Assembly (NCBI GenBank): GCA_963796965.1
Contig: CAWCNS010000004.1
Span: 128,001-192,000 of the forward strand
Length of the DNA: 64,000 nt
Origin: Calditrichia bacterium
GTDB lineage: Bacteria > Calditrichota > Calditrichia > JAJRVZ01
Direction of reading: 5' to 3'
The position numbers and the translations under genes are program-made. This document shows positions 34,229 to 45,328 of the stretch, piece by piece. The first letter of the stretch is position 1. Every line of letters begins with the position of its first letter. The notes beneath the pieces are model-generated. The model saw only the letters and a program-made list of their open reading frames with translations, was not told where the DNA came from and ran no database searches.

Positions 34229-36358
34229 ATGGTTGGTGAGACTGTATTACATTATAAAATATTAAAAAAACTTGGAGAAGGCGGCATGGGCGTCGTCTAT
34301 CTGGCCGAGGATATGAAACTCAAACGGCAGGTAGCCATCAAATTTTTACCCAGCAATGTGGCGGCAAATAGCGAAGAGCGAAAGAGGTTTGAAGTAGAAG
34401 CCCAGGCAGCGGCATCCTTAAATCATCCCAATATTGCCACGATTTATTCGATTGAAGAAGATGGGGATGAACTTTTTATTGTGATGGAATATGTGGATGG
34501 TCGTGAATTACGTCAAATCGCGGGGGCGAGTTCGGAACTCGCCCCTACAATTGATCAAATTATTGATTATGCCACCCAAATCGCCCGTGGATTGCTGGCA
34601 GCCCATAAAAAAGGAATTGTCCACCGTGATATCAAATCATCTAATATTATGGTGACCGATGAGGGTAAAATAAAAATCATGGATTTCGGTCTGGCCAAGC
34701 TAAGTGGAAAAGCCGATCTGACAAAGGCGGGATCCACATTGGGTACAACCGCTTATATGTCACCGGAACAGATACGCGGAGAGATAGTGGACCATAAGTC
34801 TGACCTATGGTCTCTGGGAATCGTTCTGTTTGAGTTATTGACAGGGATCCGACCTTTTAAGGGTGATTATGACGCGGCTATTATTTATGAGATTTTGAAT
34901 GAAGATCCTCTGGATTTGGTCGGTTTACGATCCGATATCCCCTCTCAGATATTAAAATTAATAGAGGATTTATTAAAAAAAGATCCATTTCAACGAATTG
35001 GAGAGGCCGGTGATATCATTACCAGGTTGAGTCAGAAACCAACCGAGACTAAAATATCATCACGGGATAATTCTATTGCCGTACTCTATTTTGAAAATAT
35101 GAGTCCTGATAAAGATAACGATTATTTCTGTGCCGGAATGACAGAAGATATAACCATAGATCTGTCTAAAGTCCATGATCTCCGGGTTGTGCCCCGTTCG
35201 GATGTCTTGCCCTTTAGCAATGAAAAAGTAAACACGCGTAAGGCTGGTGAGTTATTGAACGTCTCCCATATATTGGAAGGGAGTGTCCGTAAAGCGGGAA
35301 AACAAATCCGCATAACCGCCCAACTTACGAATGTGGAAACAGGATTCCAGGTATGGGCCGAGCGTTATGACCGCTTGATGGAAGACATTTTCGAGTTACA
35401 GATGGAAGTTGCTGAAAAGATTACACAGGCCATGAAAATCTCATTAACCGAATCTGAGAAAAAATCTTTGGCTCAGAAACCAACCGAAGACTTGCGGGCT
35501 TACGACTTTTATTTGCGGGGTAGAGAATTTCTTCTTGCGCGTGGAAGTAAGAACAATGATAATGCCATAAAAATGTTTGAGCATGCCCTGAGTATCGATC
35601 CGAATTATGCATTAGCATATGTGGGTTTATCCGAAGCCTATGGGGATAAATTCTGGGCGTACGACGGTGATAAAAAATGGCTTGATAAAATGAGGGAAAT
35701 GAATAAAAAGGCACTTGAGTTAGATCCAAACCTTATCGAAGCAGAGTTTGGTAAGGGATTGATCGCCCATTTCCAGAAAAACTTTGATCAATCGATATCC
35801 ATATTTGACAAAATTGCAGAGCGCAATCAGGATTTCTATCCGGCTTACCACTGGTCAGGTGTTGGTTCAGAAATATCAAAAGATTATGAAGTTGCCATAA
35901 AAAAGTTTAAAAAAGCGGCTGAGATAAAGCCTTATAATGAGGAACCCTGGCTGCATATTGGTCAGTGTTTCTATCGTATGGGAAATACTGTAGAGGGTGA
36001 TAGTGCAGAAAATCAATTGCTTGAAATAGTCCGGAAAAAACTTGAGATCAATGCAGATGATACTATTGCTCTTAGCCGGATGGCGGCTACTTATGCCTAC
36101 CAGGGTCAAAAAGAAAAAGCCCTGGAGATTGCCGGCAAATTGAAACAAACCGCCGCGACAGATGGATTGGCCATGTATAACTGTGCCTGTACCTATTCGC
36201 TTCTTGACCATAAAAAAGAAGCATTGGATTTGCTTGATACCGCTTTAGAAAAAGGGTATAAAAATATCATGGTCTGGGTTGATCAGGACCGGGATTTTGA
36301 TGCAATCCGTAAAGATGAAGATTTTAAACAATTGATAGAAAAATATTCAGAAAACTAA
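34229..36358 (+). CDS. Hanks-type Ser/Thr kinase + TolB-like domain + TPRs (no TM seen)
   Basis: LGEGGMG, VAIK, HRDIKSSN, DFG, YMSPE; SIAVLYFENMS; TPR helices, YNCAC. Confidence 0.92.
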   Translation: MVGETVLHYKILKKLGEGGMGVVYLAEDMKLKRQVAIKFLPSNVAANSEERKRFEVEAQAAASLNHPNIATIYSIEEDGDELFIVMEYVDGRELRQIAGASSELAPTIDQIIDYATQIARGLLAAHKKGIVHRDIKSSNIMVTDEGKIKIMDFGLAKLSGKADLTKAGSTLGTTAYMSPEQIRGEIVDHKSDLWSLGIVLFELLTGIRPFKGDYDAAIIYEILNEDPLDLVGLRSDIPSQILKLIEDLLKKDPFQRIGEAGDIITRLSQKPTETKISSRDNSIAVLYFENMSPDKDNDYFCAGMTEDITIDLSKVHDLRVVPRSDVLPFSNEKVNTRKAGELLNVSHILEGSVRKAGKQIRITAQLTNVETGFQVWAERYDRLMEDIFELQMEVAEKITQAMKISLTESEKKSLAQKPTEDLRAYDFYLRGREFLLARGSKNNDNAIKMFEHALSIDPNYALAYVGLSEAYGDKFWAYDGDKKWLDKMREMNKKALELDPNLIEAEFGKGLIAHFQKNFDQSISIFDKIAERNQDFYPAYHWSGVGSEISKDYEVAIKKFKKAAEIKPYNEEPWLHIGQCFYRMGNTVEGDSAENQLLEIVRKKLEINADDTIALSRMAATYAYQGQKEKALEIAGKLKQTAATDGLAMYNCACTYSLLDHKKEALDLLDTALEKGYKNIMVWVDQDRDFDAIRKDEDFKQLIEKYSEN
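34520..34548. repeat. GTAG-type REP palindrome inside the kinase coding sequence
   Basis: GCGGGGGCGAGTTCGGAACTCGCCCCTAC, 11-bp arms, translated as AGASSELAPT. Confidence 0.7.
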
Positions 36359-36528
36359 AAAAATTGGATCCACGAATTACACAAATTTAAAATTTTTTTT
36401 AAAAAGGATTGATTTCATAAAAGTTTTTGGATGTTTGAAGTAAAAAAAGAATTTGAATTCTGAAATTATAATAAGCAGAACACTCATTAATTAGTGGAAA
36501 TTCGTGTAATTCGTGGACAGAGAATAAG

Positions 36529-38942
36529 ATGATCGGTAAAACAATTTTACATTATAAGATTCTTGAAAAGCTTGGCGAAGGCGGCATGGGCATTGTCTAC
36601 CTGGCCGAGGATACCAAGCTTAAACGCCAGGTTGCAATAAAATTTCTACCCGCTCAATTGGCGTCGAATAGCCAGGAACGAAAAAGATTTGAGATAGAAG
36701 CCCAGGCCGCAGCCGCGCTTAATCACCCTAATATTGCTACAATCTATGCAATTGAAGAATTTGATGGCGATAATTTTATTGTAATGGAATATATTGACGG
36801 AATCGAGTTAAAAGACAAAATTACCTCTGAAAAAGTACTATTACGAGACGTTCTAAATATTTCGATGCAAATTGCAGAAGGATTGCAGGCGGCCCATGAG
36901 AGGAATGTAATTCATCGGGATATAAAAAGTACCAATATCATGCTTACAACTAAAGGCAAGGTTAAAATTATGGATTTTGGATTAGCCAAAGTTGGGCAAG
37001 GCATTCATTTGACCAAAGAGAAATCTACACTGGGAACTGCTCCCTATATGTCACCGGAGCAAATACGCGGCGATGAAATCGACCATAAATCAGATATCTG
37101 GTCATTTGGTGTAATAATGTATGAAATGCTTACAGGTCTCCTTCCTTTTAAAGGCGAATATGAGCAGGCTGTAGCGTATTCAATTGTAAATGAGAATCCA
37201 AAACCTGTAAATGATAATCGGGATGATATTCCGGTAAAACTTGTACAGTTGGTAAATCGGGCATTGGTAAAGGATCCTGATGGACGTTACCGGAACATGG
37301 AAGAGATGATTTCCGAATTAGAGAAACTGAAAAGAGAGCAATCAAGGGAGCAATCGACTGATACTAAAACTGTTAAAAATAAATCTCGAAATTTAATTAC
37401 TTTACCAATCGTAATATTATCATTATTTGTACTGTTTTTTATTTGGTACTGGTTTTTATTTCGGGAAACAACAGGGGATAACAATCCCGAAGTAATGACT
37501 TGGGATAATTCTTTAGCAGTATTACCTTTTACAAACGCCAGTGGTCAGACTGATCAGGATTATTTTTGTGACGGCATGACTAAACAAGTGCTCAGTAGTC
37601 TCTCAAAATTGCATAAAATGAAAGTGATTTCGCATAAAACAGTAAGAAAATATCAGGATTCTGAAAAAACCATACCGGAAATCGGCCAGGAACTGGAGGT
37701 AGAAAATATTCTGCTGGGCAGTGTCTCCAAATTTAGCGACCGGATTCGCATCCAGGTGCAGCTGATAAATGTGCGTGATGACGCTCATATCTGGGCTGAA
37801 AATTATGATTATGTATATGATATTGAAAAACTGTTTGCCGTATATGACGATATCTCAGAAAAAATTACAGAGTCGCTCCTGCAAAATATTACCGCCGGAA
37901 CAAATCTGAAAGCTGATGGGCTTAAGCCTGTTAATACCTATTCCTATGAATTGTATTTGAAAGGTCAATTGTATCATTCAGATAAATTTATGAACAGACT
38001 ACGACAAAAATGATTTTAAAATTGCGGAAGAATTTTTGAAACAGGCAATAAAGGAGGATCCGGGATATGTCATGCCTTATGCAGAATTGGCGGATTTATA
38101 CAATTCAGCATATAACAATTTGCGCCTTCCTGATGATGAAAAAAGTGAACTGATGCGCCTGCAGGAGGAATATCTGGCGAAGGCAATTGAAATTAATGAG
38201 AATGTGGCGATTGTACAAAAAGTAATAGCACTTGTTCATTTGGCCAAAAAGGAATATGATCTGGCTTTTATTCATTTTACCAAAGCAATAAGCATTGATC
38301 CAAATGATCCCATATTACTTGATGATTTTGGCTGGTTCTTCGAATATTTGGGTCTGAATAAGATAGCAAATGCCTATTATACAAAAGCAATTCAATTGGC
38401 TCCGTTGGAATCATCATATTGGAGCTGGCGGGCCTCGAACTATCTATACAATTTGGAAGAACAGGAAAAAGCAGAAGTGGACATAAAAAGAGCACTGAAA
38501 ATTGACCCAAATCAAATCCGGGCATTGCAGTGTTATTTTTGGTTTTATATTCGCAAACGGGAAATTCAGAAAGACTGAATCAATATATGATCGATATAAA
38601 ACAGCGTATCCGAATTCAACAAATCTTAAGAGATTTGAAGCATTTTTATCGTCTTCTTCTGGTCAGAAGAATGGGGATGATAAATTCAAGCTGGGCAAAC
38701 ATGATACAATGGTATTGTACTGTTTTTTGAATAAAAATGAAGAGGCGTTGAGTATGTTAATTGATTATTATGATGAAAAATATCTGTTAAGCGGGCGAAC
38801 AGAATATCTTTACCTCAAAACAAATTCATTTTTTAAAAATATTCGTCATGAACCAGCGTATCAGAAATTAATGGCAAAGCATAAAGTCGTCTATGACAAA
38901 TATTTACTTAAATATGGTGATAGGGCTATTTTAAGTGATTAG
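36529..38942 (+). CDS. Ser/Thr kinase + TM + TolB-like + TPRs (frameshifts near 38000 and 38570)
   Basis: Kinase motifs as in the upstream paralog; TM LPIVILSLFVLFFIWYWFL; SLAVLPFTN; TPRs in the downstream frames. Confidence 0.88.
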
Positions 38943-39059
38943 AATTAATATTCAAATGGAAAAATCTTAAAATTAAATGAGAAACTATATTGCCGAATGC
39001 AATTTTTAGCGGGATGACCACGAGAGAGCGTTTTAAAATATTGAAAAATTGCTGGTTCC

Positions 39060-39478
39060 TGGTCACCAAATATTTCTCCGGATGGTAAGTGGCTTGCCTA
39101 TACATCCGACGAATCAGGTAGCCTGGAAGTCGAGTACGTCCTTTTCCCCTCGGTCGTCGAAAATGGCTCATCTCTACAGAGGGCGGGCGGGAGCCACGAT
39201 GGAGCCGCAGATGGTCGCGAGTTTTTTTTCGCAGTAATGGTAAAATGATGACATCTGCTATTAATTACGGATCATCTTTCACAGCAGCTCGACCTGAGGA
39301 ACTCTTTGAGTATAATAATGAAGGACAAGAGATGGATCCGCGTGGATCCCCTAACTATGATGTTGGCCCTAATGAAAGATTTTTGATGATCAAGCCTAAA
39401 TCCAGTTCGCCTTCTAGGCAGATTAATTTTACACTTAATTGGAGTAGGGATCTGGATACCCGTAATTTTGAAAAATGA
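39060..39478 (+). pseudogene. Remnant of the C-terminal PD40/TolB beta-propeller of a Ser/Thr-kinase-type protein
   Basis: Across frames: SPDGKWLAYTSDESG, ISTEGG.EPRW, DGRE, PEELF, NYDV, RFLMIK, NFTLNW; no start or kinase part. Confidence 0.7.
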
Positions 39479-39652
39479 TAGATTTTTCAGTCTATTTAGA
39501 ACAAATTACAGATTCGCTAAATATTACCTAAGGATCTATTTTGCATTGAAAATCTTCCTCTTATAGAAACATTCCTGGATAGTGCCCGTATATTGTTGTT
39601 ATTAGGTGGGTTATATACAATATTTACATCCTGCGAGGCAAAAAACTATCAT

Positions 39653-42360
39653 ATGAATGCGTTCAAAAAGTATCTGATCTTCGGATTAGTCCTCTTTTTT
39701 TCTCTCGATCTCTCTGCAATTCACTGGACTGATCAACAGGAAAAATACATCCAACGTATCTGGACCAATGAGTCCGGCTTGCCCCAAAATACGATTCAGG
39801 CTTTGATTCAAACCCATGATGGCTATTTATGGATCGGCACACCCTCCGGACTTGCACGTTTTGATGGTGTCAGATTTACAATTTTCACAAAACAGAATAC
39901 ACCTGTCTTAAAAAACGATGATATTCTCGCACTCTATGAGGACAGCAATAAAATCCTCTGGATTGGGACAGATGGTGGCGGATTATATTCCTATCAAAAT
40001 GGACTCTGGCAAAAGTACTCCCGAAAAAATGGCATTTCTAATGATCACATCCGGTCAATTACGGCTGATTGGTATGGAAATCTATGGATTGGAACTGACT
40101 ACGGATTAAATTGCCTGAATAATGAGGGGGTAAAGGTATATACCATTGATGATGGCTTGTTAGATAATATCATTACAGCTTTAAATATTGATAACAGCGG
40201 AAGAGTCTTAGTGGGTACCTTGCGAGGAGGATTGGCAAGATTTGATCAGGAGTCAATCCAAATATTTGACTATAAAGATGGTCTTGGCAGCCCATCCATT
40301 TATTCAATCCATCTTGATTCCAGGGGAAATATTCGTATCGGAACATTTAATGGTATTTATCTATTAGATCAGGAACAGCAATTCTTTGATGAAATTCCAG
40401 AAACTTACGGCATCCCGTTTACATCAATTCTGGAAACAAATCCAGTGTCCATCTGGGCCGGTACAATGGTGGCTGGGATTAATTCAATTTGAGAAATCAG
40501 ATCGCAAATTCTAATGGGAAAACAATATCGCTTCCCGATAATTATATTCGTTGTATGCTAAAAGACAGGGATGGGCATATCTGGATCGGTACCGATACTG
40601 AGGGATTGATCCAAATAAAATTAAGAGAAGTGCAGGCAATAACCAGAGATGATGGATTGCCTGAAAATGGTGTTTCAACTCTTTTAGAAGACCACTCAGG
40701 AAACTTATGGATAGGGCTACGGAACAGAGGGTTGTGCAAGATCTCAACCGAGGATGTTTTAACGCAGATACCTGATGTGTCCGGATTGGGTATCAAAGCA
40801 CTTTATGAAGATTTAGATGGTACTATTTGGTGTGGTACTCAAAATAATGGCCTGTACAAAATTAAAAATAACCTCTCTTATCATATAACCAGAATAAATG
40901 GTCTTTCTTCAAATTCTGTTACCTCAATCCTCAGAGATCATACTAATATTCTATGGATAGGGACTGAATTGGGATTATATTCCTATCGCCAGAGCAATGT
41001 ACTTCAAGAAAAAGGTGCCCTGATCGATAAAAAAATTAATGTACTTTTTGAGGGAAATGAGAGTATTCTCTATGCCGGAACTGATGAAGGTTTGTATCAA
41101 AAATTGGATACCGGATGGGAGAGGCCTGACTCCAGCCTCTCCTCAGAAGTCTTATCTCTATATGAAGACCAAGAGGGTGTTCTATGGATTGGTACCAATG
41201 GCAATGGTCTGAAAATCCGGAAGGATAATCATATATCAACCATTACTAAATCCCAGGGTCTTAACGATGATCATATCTTAAGCATTTCAACTGATGAGGA
41301 TGATAATCTATGGATGAGTTCATACAATGGTGTTTTTGCAGTTAATCGTAATCACCTTCTCAATATTATCAAGGGTGAAGAACAGTTCATCTATTCTATG
41401 ATGTATGATGAAACTGATGGTATGACGAGTAGACAATGTAGTGGCAATGTCCAACCAGCGGTATGGAAAACCAATGAGGGGAAATTGCTCTATCCTACGG
41501 TTAAGGGGGTGTCTGTATTTAATCCTAAGTATAGGTCAGGTGACGCGCTTGTACCCGAAATTCTTTTAGAAGAACTGATCATTGATGAGACAGTCGTAAA
41601 AGTTGATCAATCAGAATTGTTACGTTTTAGCGGAGATCATTATGAATTCCACTTTACAGCTATTGACTATTCTGCGCCGGAAAAACTCCGTTTTGAATAT
41701 ATGTTAAAAGGATACGATAAAAACTATAACCAGCTGGCACCAGATAGAGCGAGATCTGTCGGCTATCAGAATCTTGGGGCAGGGACTTACCAATTATTGG
41801 TAAAGGTAGCCAATCGGGAGGGGATTCAAACCCAAAGCGCCTCATTAATAAATTTTGAGATATTTACCCCTTTTTATGCCCATCCAATTTTTATAATGCT
41901 ACTAATAATGATCGTACTAACGATCAGCAGCAGTCTGGTATATCTCAGACATCAAAGAAAGGTGAACAATCAAATTGAAAAGTATAAAACGTCCCGGTTA
42001 GATAAAGAGATGGCTGATAAAACAAAGGAAAAGATTAAAACCATGATGGCATCAGAAAAATTATACCTGGATCCTGATCTAAGTCTAAAAGACTTATCAT
42101 CCCGTTTAAAAATACATTCAAATTATATTTCCCGGATTATAAATGAACAATTTAAAATGAGCTATAATGATTATATAAATATGCATCGGATTGAAGACGT
42201 TAAAACAAAATTATCAGATCCGGAAATCAATACCAAAACAGTTTTAGAAATTATGTACGAAACAGGATTCTATTCTAAATCTGTCTTTAATACCGCTTTT
42301 AAAAAATTTACAGGCATCACACCCTCCGAATACCGCAAAACCCATGCTACCAACAGGTGA
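39653..42360 (+). CDS. One-component sensor: Reg_prop beta-propeller + Y_Y_Y + TM + AraC HTH (frameshift near 40490)
   Basis: GLPQNTI, GYLWIGT repeats, TM near the C-terminus, LYLDPDLSL, YNDYINMHRIE, GFYSKSVFNTAFKKFTGITPSEYR. Confidence 0.9.
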
Positions 42361-42686
42361 TTTTAAGCGAATATGCGAAAGTAAATATCTTATTCTTGTC
42401 TACTCTATACCAACCTAAAGCATAGCGCATGGTGCAAGGCGATAGGTAAAATGCAGTAATTGAATGCTTTGTGCTCTGCATGAAGACGAATATATCACGA
42501 AGCACACGAAGATTCCACGATGTTAACGAAGAAATATTTAGTAATTAAATTGCAGCTGGTTGTAAATCTAGTTTCAAAAATGTACATTTAAAATAAGCGA
42601 GATATAAAACCCTAAGTAATTTTCTCTGCGAACTTTGCGTATTCGTCTTTGCGGTTATTAAATCGCTTGCGAGAAATAGTTTCAGA

Positions 42687-42708
42687 GTTCTAAATTACAA
42701 TTTAGGAC
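42687..42708. promoter_or_regulatory. Candidate operator upstream of the DUF4097 genes
   Basis: Near-perfect inverted repeat GTTCTAAATT-AC-AATTTAGGAC, ~90 bp before ATG 42796. Confidence 0.4.
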
Positions 42709-42795
42709 GACTGGATTTAATATAATATGTAAATATGTTTTGTAGCATGAAATGGGACATCAATCATTAACAATATTTTAGGAGGTATACGTCAG

Positions 42796-43752
42796 ATGAA
42801 GAAATCATTGCCAATCATTTTTAGTATCCTGTTTATATTTTCAGTGATAATACTTTTTGCCCAGGATCAAAAAGAAATCCACAAAACTTTTGAAGCCAAG
42901 GAACGGGTTCGCATTGAAACAGCCAGTGGTGACTGTAATATCAAATCAGGAAATGAAGGAGAAATTAAGGTTGATGTTATTTATTCGGTTAATCCTGAAG
43001 ATGCATTTGAGGCTGATATTCAGGAAAAATCTAACGAGATCAAAATTAAAGAAAGATGGCGGGGACGTTCTTCAGGCCGGGTGACCTGGACTATTACTGT
43101 TCCCAAAGGAACGGAGGTCAGGGTTTCAACTGCTTCAGGCGATCTCTCGGTGGATGGAATAGAAAATGAAATAGAAGCGAGCACAGCTTCCGGAGATGTC
43201 ACCATTCTTGATTCTCAGGGAAAACTTGATATTAGCACCGCAAGTGGCGATGTGGAAGTGCTTGATTCAGGTGGTGAGCTGGATCTTTCTACAGCCAGTG
43301 GTGATGTTAAAGCATCGGGCGTAAACGGTGAAATTGAATTAAGTACCGCTTCCGGAGATATCAGGGTAAAAAAGAGTAAAGGTATGTTTGATCTGAGTTG
43401 TGCTTCAGGAGATATTGAGATCTCGGGGATTGTACTTAATGAAGAAAGTTCTTTTTCAACGGCTTCCGGTGATATTGAAGTAAAATTGGCCGAGAGTTCA
43501 GAGTATGATATCGAATGTTCTGCCGCATCCGGTGATATCGAACTTGATTATGATGGGAATGAGGTAAAAGGATATTTTGAATTTTCTACTAAAAAACATA
43601 GTGGGAGTATCAGATCACCCTACGACTTTGATACAGAAGAAGAATATGAGCAAGGGAGTAGAACCTACGTGAGGAAAACTTTTTCAAAAGGTGGCAAGAC
43701 TCCCAGAATACTGCTTTCATCCTCTTCTGGAAATGTGGAATTAAAAAAGTAG
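42796..43752 (+). CDS. DUF4097 beta-strand-repeat secreted protein
   Basis: Signal peptide; about nine STASGD-type repeats; AGGAGG RBS. Confidence 0.85.
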   Translation: MKKSLPIIFSILFIFSVIILFAQDQKEIHKTFEAKERVRIETASGDCNIKSGNEGEIKVDVIYSVNPEDAFEADIQEKSNEIKIKERWRGRSSGRVTWTITVPKGTEVRVSTASGDLSVDGIENEIEASTASGDVTILDSQGKLDISTASGDVEVLDSGGELDLSTASGDVKASGVNGEIELSTASGDIRVKKSKGMFDLSCASGDIEISGIVLNEESSFSTASGDIEVKLAESSEYDIECSAASGDIELDYDGNEVKGYFEFSTKKHSGSIRSPYDFDTEEEYEQGSRTYVRKTFSKGGKTPRILLSSSSGNVELKK

Positions 43753-43954
43753 TCTAATCCAATTATTTATTCTGAAAATGATAGAATTATGTAAACGCAG
43801 AGGACGCAGAGAACGCAAAGATAATTAAATTTTTCCTTGCGAAACTCTGCGATCTCAGCGTTAGAAAATTATCAATATTTAAAAATATACAATGTATTTA
43901 TTAATTGCTAAATCAATTTTGTTTGATACAACCTAATAGAGAATAAGGTGATCT

Positions 43955-44864
43955 ATGAAAACAAATAAGATAAAAATCATTCTGAGTATTTTCTTAAGTG
44001 TCCTTATATGCAGTCAATTGTTCGCTCAAAATGGAAAAGTATTTAAAGAAACCTTTGATGCTAAAGAGAAAATTAAAATTAAACTTGTTCTGGGAGATTG
44101 TATAATTAAAAAAAGTGACAACTCTAAAATACTCGTCACGGTTAACTATACATATGATGATGACAATTATGAAGTGAGGGTGAAGGAAAAAGAAAAATCA
44201 CTTACTCTCCAGGAAAAATTTTATGGAGAGAATGCGCAGGGAGATTCTGAATGGACGATCTATCTTCCAGAACATGTTGAAATTGATTTTAGCACAGCAA
44301 CAGGTAATCTTACTGTGGAAAACGTGTCGGTGGAAATTGAGGCAAGCAGTGGAACCGGCAATCTTAATGTGAGTAAATCCAACGGGGAGTTTGATTTGAA
44401 CTCCGGAACAGGTGATGTTAAAGTTGATAAGTCAGAAGGTGAATTTAGTCTTAATTCCGGAACTGGTGATGTCCAGATTGCTGATTCTAAGGGAGAATTC
44501 GATATAAATAGTGGCACTGGTGATGTTAAAGGATTTCGGTTAGTTCTTGAAGAGGATGGCGATTTTAATTCAGGAACAGGTGATGCAGAAATGACTGATC
44601 CTATGGGAGATAATTTCGATTTATCAATAAATTCGGGTACAGGAGATGCTACCTTAATTCTCGACGACACGACCATTGGAAGGCTATTTTGAGTTTAGAA
44701 CAACTTCTGCCAGAGGGGATATCAAATGCCCGGTAGATTTTGATGAAGAAAGTGACTCCTCGGATGATCGAAATGATTATAAGCGAAAATCATTTACCCG
44801 GGGAAAAAAAACACCCAGATATTTTATCAGTACAGGTAGCGGAACGGCGGAATTAAAGTACTAG
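43955..44864 (+). CDS. DUF4097 beta-strand-repeat secreted protein, paralog (frameshift near 44680)
   Basis: Signal peptide; NSGTGD repeats; C-terminus GYFEFRT...SFTRG parallels the upstream gene. Confidence 0.82.
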
Positions 44865-45238
44865 TAATGGGATCTGGATAAATGAAATGCCTTTGAGTGA
44901 ATGTCAAATGTCCAAATTTTAATGTCAATTGAAGCCCAAACTTCCAAGGTCAAATATAGTATTCGTATATTTATATGACATCATTTGTATTCCGTTGATC
45001 TTTTCCCCAAAGGGATCCCCTCGGGACAATATTGTCAAAAGATTTTTTGATGAGTTTCATCTGATATAATTTTTAATGAGTCATTAGAGTTTCATTTGAC
45101 ATTTGGATTTGGGCTTTGGGCACTTGTAAATGGTGATATTTTTCTACTTAAATGAGCCACATCCCTAATCTATCACCTGGTAGTATTCTCCCACCTATTT
45201 ATTCTTCACATTTTCTGCAATTTTAGTCAAAAATTCTC

Positions 45239-45292
45239 TTGATTTTTAATTTTTATTGCGTAAAATCATGAATTGCGAACAAACGTTTGTCC
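45239..45292 (+). promoter_or_regulatory. Sigma70-like promoter with downstream LacI-type operator
   Basis: TTGATT-N16-TAAAAT, then GAACAAACGTTTGTCC (perfect core ACAAACGTTTGT, 45279-45290). Confidence 0.65.
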
Positions 45293-45328
45293 CGCTCATA
45301 TCTAATTACCCCAAATTAAGGATTCTCA

